This document shows, piece by piece, positions 51,980 through 61,323 of a DNA stretch of 64,000 nt. The translations under genes and the position numbers were made by a program. Position 1 is the first letter of the stretch. Each line of letters begins with the position of its first letter. The notes below the pieces were generated by a model. The model was not told where the DNA came from. It saw nothing but the letters and a program-made list of their open reading frames with translations, and did no database searches. The DNA is from Candidatus Omnitrophota bacterium (lineage in GTDB: Bacteria > Omnitrophota > Gorgyraeia > Gygaellales > Profunditerraquicolaceae): the NCBI GenBank assembly GCA_028717245.1, contig JAQUOD010000005.1, positions 18,637 through 82,636 on the forward strand, written 5' to 3'.

Positions 51980-52429
51980 ATGGAGAACAACCTGTTAATG
52001 CAATTTAAGGATTTAGGCGCAATTGCGGTTTTAGCGCTGGCTGCCTTAGGTTCGGGCGCAGGCGTAGGTATCGCGGGTATGGCGGCAGTAGGGGCATGGA
52101 AGAAGAATTTTTCCCAGAATAAGAGCGCCAATTTCCTTTTGGTGGCTTTAGTGGCTGCCCCCTTGACCCAGACTATTTACGGGTTTATTGTAATGAGTAG
52201 AATGATGGAGTTAGTGGCAAGAGGCCAATTCCTCTGGGCTATAGGAATTTTTGCGGGTGCGGCCATAGGCCTTTCGGCTTATTGGCAGGGTAAGTGCGCG
52301 GCAGCTGCCTGCGACGCCTTGGGTGAAACAGGCAAGGGTTTTGCTAACTATATGACGGTCCTGGGTATGACAGAGACAGTGGCCTTGTTTGTGATGGTCT
52401 TTACCCTTGTCGTTTTGGGCAAGTTTTAG
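51980..52429 (+). CDS. atpK: V-type ATP synthase proteolipid subunit K
   Basis: It is 149 aa with Gly/Ala-rich TM hairpins, a c-ring subunit. Confidence 0.8.
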   Translation: MENNLLMQFKDLGAIAVLALAALGSGAGVGIAGMAAVGAWKKNFSQNKSANFLLVALVAAPLTQTIYGFIVMSRMMELVARGQFLWAIGIFAGAAIGLSAYWQGKCAAAACDALGETGKGFANYMTVLGMTETVALFVMVFTLVVLGKF

Positions 52430-52462
52430 TATAATGCCCCGATAAATAAGATTATATTCATC

Positions 52463-52539
52463 GGGCGGTTAGTTCAGCTGGTTAGAACGTCTCTCTTACA
52501 CAGAGAAGGTCAGGGGTTCAAGTCCTCTACCGCCCACCA
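52463..52539 (+). tRNA. tRNA-Val (anticodon TAC), CCA encoded
   Basis: The sequence is GGGCGGT-TA-GTTC-AGCTGGTTA-GAAC-G-TCTCT-CTTACAC-AGAGA-AGGTC-AGGGG-TTCAAGT-CCTCT-ACCGCCC-A-CCA. Confidence 0.85.
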
Positions 52540-52550
52540 AAATAAAAAAT

Positions 52551-53522
52551 ATGCACCTTCTCGAACGTACAAACAGGTTTAAAAGAATAGAGAGAAGATT
52601 TGATTCTCCCATTGAAGATTTGCTTTATCAGATGCATTGGCTGGAAGATATGAAGCATAGGGATATTGCCCTAAATTTGCATGCGCCGAGAGCAACAATA
52701 ACAAGATGGTTTCGCCGTTTGCAGGTGCCAACTCAGAGTTGCCGCAGATTTACTGATATGAATCTAACAAGTTGGCTATATAAAATTGGAAAATTAAAAA
52801 AGAAACCCCGCTATAGCGGTCCAGACAAAAGGCTCCAGCGGACAAGACAGGGATTAAATGTAGATTTCTTCAAGAAATGGTCAGTAGAGATGGCTTATGT
52901 ATTGGGATATTTCGCTGCCGATGGGTGCATGTTTATTAATCCGCGGGGGTCAAAATATATTTCATTTACTTCTTGTGACCGCGAAATCTTGCAGAAAGTC
53001 AAGCGGATGTTGGGCTCTGAGCATAAGTTTAGTGTAAAAAATAGGCAGAATAGAAACTGGAAAGATGCTTTTACCTTACAAATTGGTTCCAAAGAGATGT
53101 ATCAGGATTTAATAAAAAAAGGTTTTATGCCTAAAAAAGCATCTAGATTTAAATTGCCGGCCGTGCCTAAAAAATATATGAGGCACTTTATTAGAGGGTA
53201 TTTTGATGGTGATGGCAGCGTTACTTATGGGTATTTTAAAAGAAAAGATAGAAATAATAAGATGACTTCATACCTTTTAACTTGTTTATCTTCGGCAAAT
53301 TTACGTTTTTTAAGGGGAATCTCCAAGGTTTTGAAAGAAAATATAGGTATTAACGGAGGATATATAGATAAAAAAGGTGGCCACCTTGCTTATTCTAAGC
53401 TTGACAGCATTAAGTTATTCCAGTATATTTATACAAACGTTAATAAGGGGCAATACTTAGAAAGAAAATATAAGAAGTTTAGGAAGGCATTCGAAATTAA
53501 TAGGGGCTGTGGCCTAGTCTAG
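52551..53522 (+). CDS. free-standing LAGLIDADG homing endonuclease (second copy, two-motif type)
   Basis: It is 323 aa with the motifs AYVLGYFAADGCMF and FIRGYFDGDGSV. It starts 11 nt after tRNA-Val, and its last codons overlap the 5' end of tRNA-Asp. Confidence 0.8.
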   Translation: MHLLERTNRFKRIERRFDSPIEDLLYQMHWLEDMKHRDIALNLHAPRATITRWFRRLQVPTQSCRRFTDMNLTSWLYKIGKLKKKPRYSGPDKRLQRTRQGLNVDFFKKWSVEMAYVLGYFAADGCMFINPRGSKYISFTSCDREILQKVKRMLGSEHKFSVKNRQNRNWKDAFTLQIGSKEMYQDLIKKGFMPKKASRFKLPAVPKKYMRHFIRGYFDGDGSVTYGYFKRKDRNNKMTSYLLTCLSSANLRFLRGISKVLKENIGINGGYIDKKGGHLAYSKLDSIKLFQYIYTNVNKGQYLERKYKKFRKAFEINRGCGLV

Positions 53523-53578
53523 TTCATGGCGTCTCCCTGTCACGGAGAAGATCGCGGGTGCGAATCCCGTCAGCCCCG
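53502..53578 (+). tRNA. tRNA-Asp (anticodon GTC), enlarged D-loop
   Basis: The sequence is GGGGCTG...TCTCC-CTGTCAC-GGAGA-AGATC-GCGGG-TGCGAAT-CCCGT-CAGCCCC-G. The D-arm carries about 3 extra nt (TAGTCTAGTTCA). Confidence 0.75.
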
Positions 53579-53594
53579 CTTTTCGTTTCAGTAT

Positions 53595-53626
53595 CAAAAG
53601 CCACAATGCATCGTTGTGGCTTTTTG
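53595..53626 (+). terminator. rho-independent terminator after tRNA-Asp
   Basis: AAAAGCCACAA-TGCATCG-TTGTGGCTTTTT. Confidence 0.75.
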
Positions 53627-53817
53627 ATTGCGCACTCGCCGCCCCTTAAGCCCAATAAGAAACCTCCCCAAAGGGCGGGAGGAGGCAGGGCCGCGTCGAA
53701 TTGGCTTGATAACGAATTAGCTGCGAGAATTTATTCGGGCAGAAATGATACATAACATATGTAAATAATGCTCTACATTTATAATCTCGCTGATATAATA
53801 TACCAGCTATAAACTCG

Positions 53818-53960
53818 TTGCATTTGCTATCGCGTATGGTATAATTGTTTTAAAAGCAATAGTAGATAAGTAAGTGGTCTGGGAATATACAAAAGTATTC
53901 CCGGAGGATTTTCGATGGTCGGGCCGCCATCTTGCATGATAATGCGGGATGGCGTTTTTT
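53818..53960 (+). promoter_or_regulatory. promoter (TTGCAT-16-TGgTATAAT) plus leader with mutually exclusive antiterminator/terminator hairpins
   Basis: The leader contains GGGAATA...TATTCCC, then GATGG-TCGGGCC-GCCATC overlapping CGCCATC-...-GATGGCG-TTTTTT. This lies 34 nt upstream of ATG 53994. Confidence 0.55.
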
Positions 53961-53993
53961 ATTATCTAGGAAGGGAATTTTAAGTATCTACAT

Positions 53994-54644
53994 ATGTTTA
54001 AGGCATTACTATTTGTTGGTATAGCGTTTATTTTCACGGTTATGTTTGTTACTCCTATACGAAACTATATGAATAATCTTTTCTTGAGAGATAAATCTCA
54101 GCTAAAAGAAGAACAGATTATCGGAACGGTTTCAGGATACAGCCCGCGCGTAGAAGAGATACAAAGGATTTTAAAAAACGCTCATTTTGATCCCGGCCCT
54201 GCGGATGGAGTAATGGGTAGCCGCACCCGAAAGGCAATCAGGGAATTCCAGGAAGAAAAAGGTTTCTGGCCGAACGGCAGAGTGGATTCGAAAACCTGGC
54301 TTGAGTTAAATCGGGAAAAAGAAACGTTTAAGGAAGAAGCAAATGCGCAACCTTTGGCCTTGCTTTCCGAAGAGTATCCCCGTGACGTAAAATCTAAGGA
54401 AGAAATTGCAAAAATTAGAGAGCCCCAGGAGAAAATAGCCAAAGTAGCGTTTCCCCAAGACAGAAAAACACAAATTCAAATGGCCTTACAAAAAGCTAAT
54501 TTTTATAAAGGGAAGATTGACGGGAAAATAGGCCCGCAAACAAAAAAAGCGATCAAGGCATTTCAAAAGGCCAAAGGATTAAGGGCGGACGGTGCCGTAG
54601 GCGCTCAAACCTGGGCTGAGCTGAATAAGTATTTGAAAGAGTAA
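53994..54644 (+). CDS. secreted/membrane-anchored protein with two peptidoglycan-binding (PG_binding_1-like) domains
   Basis: It has an N-terminal TM/signal segment and two repeats of the DG..G..T..AI..FQ...GL..DG.VG..TW..L pattern. It is 216 aa. Confidence 0.7.
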   Translation: MFKALLFVGIAFIFTVMFVTPIRNYMNNLFLRDKSQLKEEQIIGTVSGYSPRVEEIQRILKNAHFDPGPADGVMGSRTRKAIREFQEEKGFWPNGRVDSKTWLELNREKETFKEEANAQPLALLSEEYPRDVKSKEEIAKIREPQEKIAKVAFPQDRKTQIQMALQKANFYKGKIDGKIGPQTKKAIKAFQKAKGLRADGAVGAQTWAELNKYLKE

Positions 54645-55466
54645 GTGATGCAAAAGGCAATGCTATTTTTGGCGCCATTTTTGCTTTTTTTGACAGATGC
54701 AGCCGCGCAAAAGATATCGTTATCCCAGCAGGAGATTCAGCAGATTGGTGCGAGAGTCTTTGAGAACGAATGCGCCTTGAAAGACGAAAACCTGATTACA
54801 TGGAATGAGGGCGAGGATTTTTTGTCTTTAGGGATCGGGCATTTTATTTGGCATCCAGCGAATGTAAAAGATTCTTTTGAAGGAAGCTTTATAAAATTCC
54901 TTGAATATGCAAAAAACTTTGGAGAGCAAATTCCTAGTTGGCTTGATATAACGCCGTTACCGGGGTGTCCATGGGGTTCACGCGACTATTTTTTAAGCGC
55001 GCAAAGCGACAGCCGGTTAACAGAATTACGAGAATTTGTGATAAGGACAAAGTCTTTGCAGGCCGCTTTTATTGTGAAGCGCTTAGAGGAGTCTTTGCCT
55101 CTTATGCTTAATATAATTCCGGAAAATAGGCGCGAGAAGATAGCTTCGCGGTTTCATCGTATCGCTTCTACGCCTTCAGGAATTTATGCCTTGGCAGACT
55201 ACGTAAATTTCAAAGGGTTGGGAATAGCGCCAACCGAAAAGTATCAAGGCAAAGGTTGGGGGTTACTTCAAGTTTTAGAGGGGATGAAGGGTAAAAATGA
55301 GGCTCCGGATGTTGTCAGAGAATTTGCCCGTTCGGCAAATGCCGTGCTTGAAGATCGTGTAAGAAATTCTCCCTCAGGCCGCAATGAACAGAAATGGCTG
55401 CCGGGTTGGAAAAAAAGGGTTAATTCGTATATTAAGCAGGAGGAGGCAATATGTTTACAAGAATGA
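54645..55466 (+). CDS. hypothetical secreted protein (signal peptide), cell-wall context
   Basis: It is 273 aa with an N-terminal signal peptide. No family was recognised by eye. It is flanked by PG-binding proteins. Confidence 0.45.
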   Translation: MMQKAMLFLAPFLLFLTDAAAQKISLSQQEIQQIGARVFENECALKDENLITWNEGEDFLSLGIGHFIWHPANVKDSFEGSFIKFLEYAKNFGEQIPSWLDITPLPGCPWGSRDYFLSAQSDSRLTELREFVIRTKSLQAAFIVKRLEESLPLMLNIIPENRREKIASRFHRIASTPSGIYALADYVNFKGLGIAPTEKYQGKGWGLLQVLEGMKGKNEAPDVVREFARSANAVLEDRVRNSPSGRNEQKWLPGWKKRVNSYIKQEEAICLQE

Positions 55467-55834
55467 TTTTGCCTGTTTTGTTTGTATTTACCTTAGTTGG
55501 ATGTGCTACAAACCCGAAGAAGCAGATCACGCAGTCACAGCCGGTAGCGCAAGAATCATATTCCCAGGATTACGACTATGATGATGCCTGGTCATCTGAC
55601 AGCTATGAAAAGCCGGCAAAGAAAACTTATCCTGAAGCCGCAATACAATTAAGCCCAAAGCAGATTCAGCGGGCATTAAAGAGCGCGGGTTTCTACCAAG
55701 GGCCTATTGACGGCAAGATCGGGTCAAAGACTAAAGAGGCCATTATTAAATTTCAGAAAGCAAAAGGCCTTAAGGCTGACGGAATCGTCGGTAAAAGGAC
55801 GTCTGCGCAATTGAGTAAATATTTATCCCGATAA
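55451..55834 (+). CDS. lipoprotein with C-terminal peptidoglycan-binding domain
   Basis: It has the lipobox LVGC and a C-terminal IQRALKSAGFYQGPIDGKIGSKTKEAIIKFQKAKGLKADGIVG repeat. Confidence 0.7.
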   Translation: MFTRMILPVLFVFTLVGCATNPKKQITQSQPVAQESYSQDYDYDDAWSSDSYEKPAKKTYPEAAIQLSPKQIQRALKSAGFYQGPIDGKIGSKTKEAIIKFQKAKGLKADGIVGKRTSAQLSKYLSR

Positions 55835-55837
55835 AAA

Positions 55838-56764
55838 ATGAAAGCAAAGAAAATATTTCTTTTTATAGCAGTGATTTTCTTTTTAAGCTTTGGGGCATAT
55901 TTTGGCCAGCAGTATTATGCAAAATTCCAAAAAGGCAAACAAGAGTATTTTCTCTATGAAACACAAAAATCTGCATGGCAGGAATTACAGCAACGCGTCA
56001 AGGCTGAAATAAGCCAGTTTAAGGGTGATGCCGGGGTAGTTATCAAAGACTTAGAAACCGGTTGGGAATTTTCGTATCAGAAGGCTAAGATGTTTCCCTC
56101 CGCGAGCCTGGCTAAGGTTCCCCTTATGGCAACGTGTTTTCTTGCGGTTGACCAAGGGAGATTTAAACTTAAGCGTAATATCGCGCTTAAATCAGCCGAT
56201 AAACTTACGGGATCCGGGGTCTTGAAAGATATGCCTGCAGGTGCCATCTTTACTGTAGAGAGGCTCATCGGCCTTATGATTTATGACAGCGATAATACCG
56301 CTGCTAATATCCTTACAAACCTAATTGGCATTGATTACCTGAATAACGCGTTTAAGGATTTTGGGCTAAAGAATACGGATTTATCCAGAAAGATCGCCGA
56401 TTACCAATCGCGGGATGAAGGTATTGAGAATTACACAACAGCTGAAGATATGGCTTTATTATTAGAAAAAATGTACCGCAGGGTCATCGGGAATAAAAAC
56501 GTTTCGGATCAGTGCATAAATGTATTGAAATTGACACGTATGAATGACCGTATTCCTAAGTATTTACCACCCGAGATAACCGTTGCGCATAAGACCGGCC
56601 TTGAGCGAGGCGTCTGCCATGATGCGGGCATAGTATTTACCCGTAAAGGCGATTTTATTATTGCGGTGTTGACAAAGCATCTAAATTCAAACAGCGCGCC
56701 TTCCAAAGAGTTTATCGCAAAGGTTTCATTATACGCTTATAAATATTTTGAGCAGTTACCGTAA
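55838..56764 (+). CDS. class A beta-lactamase-fold serine hydrolase
   Basis: It has the SxxK (SLAK), SDN (YDSDNTAAN) and KTG (HKTGLE) motifs in the canonical order, with an N-terminal TM/signal segment. It is 308 aa. Confidence 0.75.
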   Translation: MKAKKIFLFIAVIFFLSFGAYFGQQYYAKFQKGKQEYFLYETQKSAWQELQQRVKAEISQFKGDAGVVIKDLETGWEFSYQKAKMFPSASLAKVPLMATCFLAVDQGRFKLKRNIALKSADKLTGSGVLKDMPAGAIFTVERLIGLMIYDSDNTAANILTNLIGIDYLNNAFKDFGLKNTDLSRKIADYQSRDEGIENYTTAEDMALLLEKMYRRVIGNKNVSDQCINVLKLTRMNDRIPKYLPPEITVAHKTGLERGVCHDAGIVFTRKGDFIIAVLTKHLNSNSAPSKEFIAKVSLYAYKYFEQLP

Positions 56765-56773
56765 ATGGAGGTA

Positions 56774-57450
56774 ATGATGAAAACAAAATTTGCGCTGGTA
56801 GTATTTGCCATAGCGGCATTTTCATCATCGGGCTGCGCCTTCATTGAGAAAGCCCGCAGGGCGATGAGCTGGAAGCGGAAAATGCTAATTTAAGGTACAG
56901 GGTAACTCAACTACAGAAAGAAAAAACAAAAGAAGTGCAAAAGGTGTCCGGAGAAAAGGATAAAGAGCTTTCAGAGCTCGAACGGGCAAAAAGGGAGCTT
57001 GAGGAATCCTTAAAGAAAGAAATCGGGGATTACAAAGCAAAGCTCTAGATGACCGGGCGGGGGCCGGTGATAACTTTCTTATCGGAAGTATTTTTTGACT
57101 CCGGCAAGGACATAATAAAAGCTGATGGTAAACTTTCGCTTGATAAGGTCGCGGAGGTCTTAAACCGCGATATGCCTAATTCCCAGGTAGCGGTAGAAGG
57201 GCATACCGATAATGACCCGATAAAATATTCCGGTTGGAAGTCAAACTGGGAGCTTTCTTCTGGCCGCGCCTTGGCAGTCGTGCATTATCTTATCGGCGAA
57301 TGTAAGGTTGTGCCGCAGAGATTATCCGCAAACGGCTATGGCGAATATCACCCGGTAGCGCCTAATGATACGCCGCAGGATAAACAGAAAAACAGGCGGG
57401 TAGAAATCGTTATTCTGCCTTCTCAAGTAAGCAAGGTGAAGGCGCGCTAA
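56774..57450 (+). pseudogene. OmpA/MotB-family lipoprotein gene, apparently disrupted (frameshift plus in-frame TAG)
   Basis: The lipoprotein signal MKTKFALVVFAIAAFSSSGC is in one frame. A coiled-coil segment and the OmpA_C domain (track ORF 57049..57450; ...NRRVEIVI) are in another frame and separated by TAG at about 57046. Confidence 0.5.
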
Positions 57451-57467
57451 AAAAGGAGAGGGGTAAT

Positions 57468-58532
57468 ATGTATGCGCAAGCCCAAATAGTTTTGAATTAC
57501 ATAGTTTTCGGCAATACTATTTTCAGGTATTTGGTTGCTGCTTTTATATTTGCAGCCGGTATGCTAACTATCAAATTAATCATCCGCAAAGCCATACAGC
57601 GCTTAAAAAAGCTTGCCGAAAGAACAACCTCTACATTCGATAATTTTTTGGTTAATTTGCTGGAAACTATTATATTGCCTTTATTGCATTTGGTGGCTGT
57701 ATATCTTACGCTAAAGACCTTGGTCTTCCCCGAACTTTGGGAAAAAGCGTTTAATTATATTATTTTAGGGGTGGTTGTTTTTTTTGCGGTAAGAACAGCG
57801 ATTGCGTTCATCGGTTATGGATTTAAAGCGTACCTGAAGAAACAAGGCCAAGATGCCGCATTAGAAAAAAGTCTTTCGGGAATAATGGCCGTGGTGAAGC
57901 TGGTTGTCTGGGCCGGCGCGGCTATCTTCTTTTTGGATAATCTCGGATTTAAGGTTTCTGCGGTGATTACCGGGTTAGGCATAGGCGGCGTTGCTGTTGC
58001 GCTTGCTGCGCAAACTGTCCTTAAGGACCTCTTCAGTTATTTTTGCATCCTTTTTGACCATCCCTTCAAAGTCGGGGACTTTGTTATTATAGGCGATTTT
58101 ATGGGCACTATCGAGCACATCGGGATAAAGACCACGCGCATACGTAGCTTAGGAGGGGAGATGCTGATTTTTTCCAATTCCGATCTTACCGATTCGCGCC
58201 TGCGCAATTACAAATTAATGGAAAAGCGCCGTGTGGTATTTAAAATAGGAGTGGTGTACCAAACGCCGCTTAGGCAGTTAAAGGAAATACCGGAAATGAT
58301 CAAAGGCATTATTGCCAGCATTGACGATACGTTTTTTGACCGGGCGCATTTTCTTTCTTTCGGCGATTACAGCCTTATATTTGAAATCGTGTATTACGTT
58401 ATCGGCGGCGATTATAACAAATATATGGATACCCAGCAGCAGATTAATTTTGCCCTAACAGAGGAATTTGAAAAACGGGGCATAGAATTTGCTTATCCTA
58501 CGCAAACGCTGTATACGTATAAAGCATCCTGA
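57468..58532 (+). CDS. mscS: mechanosensitive ion channel, MscS family
   Basis: It has N-terminal TM helices and the MscS beta-domain VGDFVIIGDFMGTIEHIGIKTTRIRSLGGEMLIFSNSDL. It is 354 aa. Confidence 0.85.
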   Translation: MYAQAQIVLNYIVFGNTIFRYLVAAFIFAAGMLTIKLIIRKAIQRLKKLAERTTSTFDNFLVNLLETIILPLLHLVAVYLTLKTLVFPELWEKAFNYIILGVVVFFAVRTAIAFIGYGFKAYLKKQGQDAALEKSLSGIMAVVKLVVWAGAAIFFLDNLGFKVSAVITGLGIGGVAVALAAQTVLKDLFSYFCILFDHPFKVGDFVIIGDFMGTIEHIGIKTTRIRSLGGEMLIFSNSDLTDSRLRNYKLMEKRRVVFKIGVVYQTPLRQLKEIPEMIKGIIASIDDTFFDRAHFLSFGDYSLIFEIVYYVIGGDYNKYMDTQQQINFALTEEFEKRGIEFAYPTQTLYTYKAS

Positions 58533-58574
58533 TGGCCTAATGTATACGGGGCTGCCGATTTGAGATAAAAAAAG

Positions 58575-60269
58575 ATGAATAAACAAGACTTAGATAAAAG
58601 AAAGATTGCATATTTTACTATGGAGATAGGCCTTGATTCTAAAATGCCCACCTATAGCGGCGGATTAGGGGTTCTGGCAGGAGATACTATAAAATCCTGC
58701 GCGGATTTAGGCGTGCCGCTTATCGCCGTAACCCTGCTTAACGAAAAAGGTTATTTTGCGCAAAAACTGGACGCAGAAGGCGCCCAAGCAGAGGTTCCTG
58801 TGGACTGGCCGAAAGAGGAGTTTTTAACTCTTTTACCGGCACAAGTAAGCGTAAATATTGAAACAAGAGAAGTGAAAATCCGGATTTGGGAATATATAGT
58901 GAAGGGGATTACCGGCACCACCGTGCCTGTTTATTTTCTGGATACTAACTTACTGGAAAATGCCGGATACGACCGCACCCTCACCAGTTTTCTTTACGGA
59001 GGCGACCAGCGGTATCGCCTTTGCCAGGAAATAATCCTTGGCATAGGGGGCGTGAGGGCAATCGAAGCCATTGGCTATCAAAATATCGGAAAATACCATA
59101 TGAACGAAGGCCATGCCAGCCTCTTGGCTCTGGAATTATTAGAGAGGACAAAAAAAGACGGCGAAGAAGACATTTATAAGAAATATGACCTTGAGTCTGT
59201 AAGAAATAAATGCATCTTCACCACGCATACTCCTGTAGCTGCCGGGCATGACCGTTTTCCTCTTGATTTTGTAAAAAGAGCCTTGCGCAGCAACTTGCCT
59301 TTTGAAATGCCTGGTATATTTATCCGGGATAATGAAATGAATATGACCCTGATTGCTTTGAATTTGAGTAAATATGTTAATGGAGTAGCCAAGAAACATG
59401 GCGAGGTTACCCGAGAGATGTTTCCCGGTTATACCATAGATTCTATTACCAACGGCATTCATTTGTTAACCTGGGTGGCTACTGCGTTCAAAAGGCTTTA
59501 CGATAAATATATTCCCGGCTGGCAATCAGATTATTTTTCCTTGCGTTACGCCCTGAGTATCCCCAAAGAGGAAATATTACAGGCGCACAGGGAGGCAAAG
59601 AGAGAACTCATTGATTATGTAAATAGCCAAACAGGCATTGGGATGGACTATGATACCTTTACTATAGGTTTTGCCCGGCGCGCTACGCCTTACAAGAGGG
59701 CCGGTCTTTTATTAAGCGATATAAAGCGGTTGGTTGAGATTAATGATAAAGTAGGCAGGATACAAATCATTTATGCGGGCAAGGCGCATCCTAAGGATGG
59801 CGGAGGAAAAGAGTTGATAAAAAATATATTTTCAAGGATTAAAGAATTAAGCCCGGAAATTAAAATTGCATACTTAGAGAATTACGATATGGCGCAAGGA
59901 AGATTAATCACCAGCGGCGTTGACCTCTGGCTGAATAATCCCCTTCCGCCGCAGGAGGCCTCCGGAACCAGCGGGATGAAGGCCTGCCTTAACGGCGTGC
60001 CGAATTTAAGTATTTTAGACGGATGGTGGATAGAAGGGTGTATTGAAAACGTCACCGGCTGGGCAATCGGCTCGGCACAAAAGCAGAATACGGATAGCGC
60101 TCAAGATGCTGATGATTTATATCAGAAATTAGAAAAAGTGATTATTCCGATGTTCTACAAAGAGAAAGATAAATGGCTTGGAGTTATGCGCCACGCCATA
60201 GCGCTGAATGCTTCATTTTTTAATACTCAAAGAATGGTTCAGGAGTATGTCTTAAATGCTTATTTATAA
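58575..60269 (+). CDS. glgP: alpha-glucan phosphorylase (GT35, short GlgP/maltodextrin phosphorylase type)
   Basis: It has the N-terminal YFTMEIGL...SGGLGVLAGD signature of alpha-glucan family phosphorylases and is 564 aa. Confidence 0.8.
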   Translation: MNKQDLDKRKIAYFTMEIGLDSKMPTYSGGLGVLAGDTIKSCADLGVPLIAVTLLNEKGYFAQKLDAEGAQAEVPVDWPKEEFLTLLPAQVSVNIETREVKIRIWEYIVKGITGTTVPVYFLDTNLLENAGYDRTLTSFLYGGDQRYRLCQEIILGIGGVRAIEAIGYQNIGKYHMNEGHASLLALELLERTKKDGEEDIYKKYDLESVRNKCIFTTHTPVAAGHDRFPLDFVKRALRSNLPFEMPGIFIRDNEMNMTLIALNLSKYVNGVAKKHGEVTREMFPGYTIDSITNGIHLLTWVATAFKRLYDKYIPGWQSDYFSLRYALSIPKEEILQAHREAKRELIDYVNSQTGIGMDYDTFTIGFARRATPYKRAGLLLSDIKRLVEINDKVGRIQIIYAGKAHPKDGGGKELIKNIFSRIKELSPEIKIAYLENYDMAQGRLITSGVDLWLNNPLPPQEASGTSGMKACLNGVPNLSILDGWWIEGCIENVTGWAIGSAQKQNTDSAQDADDLYQKLEKVIIPMFYKEKDKWLGVMRHAIALNASFFNTQRMVQEYVLNAYL

Positions 60270-60296
60270 GTAAGCCAGGCGATATGAAGGGATTCT

Positions 60297-61310
60297 ATGG
60301 TTAAGACCAAAATAATCTGTACGCTCGGCCCGGCATCATCAAATGAGGCTATGATTAGGAAAATGATGCTTGCTGGTATGGATGTTGCCCGCTTGAACTT
60401 CTCGCACGGTAAACCGCATGATCTGCTTCATAGAATAGGCCTCGTCCGGCTTTTAAACGCGAAATACCGCAGGCGCATAAAGCTTCTCGGTGATCTTCAA
60501 GGGCATCGCATAAGAGTAGGCGGACGTATTGCTCCTGTTTTGCTTAAAAAAAGCCGGATAGTATGGCTTACCCAGCAAAATATAAAAGGATCGCATGAAA
60601 TAATACCTTTTGATTATCATGGCCCGCTACGCAGCATTAAGAATGGCCACCAGATATTTATAGACGACGGAAATATCGCCTTAGAAGTAATTGGCAGGTT
60701 TAAAAACAGACTTAAAGCCAAGGTAATAGCCGGCGGCCTGCTGAAAGAGCATAAGGGTGTAAATATCCCGGAGGCAAGGCTTGAATTTGGCGGGATAAGC
60801 CGGAAGGATATACAGGATATATTATTCTGTGAAGAGCGCGGCGTGGAATATATCGCGCAGTCATTTGTGCGTACTAAGAATGACATTTCGGATGTAAGAA
60901 AATTGCTTAAGCCGGGTTCAAAATGTCAGATTATCGCTAAAATAGAGAACAGAGAAGGCATAAAAAATATCGATGAAATAATCAAGGCTTCGGATGGCAT
61001 TATGATAGCGCGCGGGGATATGGGGGTATCACTGCCTATCTACGAAATACCTATCGTTCAAAAGATGATCATAAAAAAATGCAACCGCGCGGGGAAATTT
61101 GTCATTACCGCTACGCAGATGCTTGAGAGCATGACTGAGAACCTCAGGCCTACCCGCGCTGAGGTAACGGATGTCGCCAATGCCATAATAGACGGCACTG
61201 ATTTTGTTATGCTTTCGGCGGAATCGGCCGTGGGCAAATACCCGCTTGAAACAATAGTTATGATGAACAATATTATAAAGTTCACGGAAAGAAATTTAAA
61301 TAATTTATAA
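60297..61310 (+). CDS. pyk: pyruvate kinase (short form lacking C-terminal regulatory domain)
   Basis: It has [10 protein letters not shown]...[11 protein letters not shown], the TIM-barrel catalytic domain, and is 337 aa. Confidence 0.85.
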   Translation: MVKTKIICTLGPASSNEAMIRKMMLAGMDVARLNFSHGKPHDLLHRIGLVRLLNAKYRRRIKLLGDLQGHRIRVGGRIAPVLLKKSRIVWLTQQNIKGSHEIIPFDYHGPLRSIKNGHQIFIDDGNIALEVIGRFKNRLKAKVIAGGLLKEHKGVNIPEARLEFGGISRKDIQDILFCEERGVEYIAQSFVRTKNDISDVRKLLKPGSKCQIIAKIENREGIKNIDEIIKASDGIMIARGDMGVSLPIYEIPIVQKMIIKKCNRAGKFVITATQMLESMTENLRPTRAEVTDVANAIIDGTDFVMLSAESAVGKYPLETIVMMNNIIKFTERNLNNL

Positions 61311-61323
61311 TAAGAAATAGCAT

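Noticed and set aside
53558-53755. 65-aa ORF overlapping tRNA-Asp 3' end and its terminator
   Set aside because: It starts inside the tRNA and spans the intrinsic terminator. It is low-complexity (PPLKPNKKPP, GGGRAAS) and has a GTG start, so it is likely spurious.
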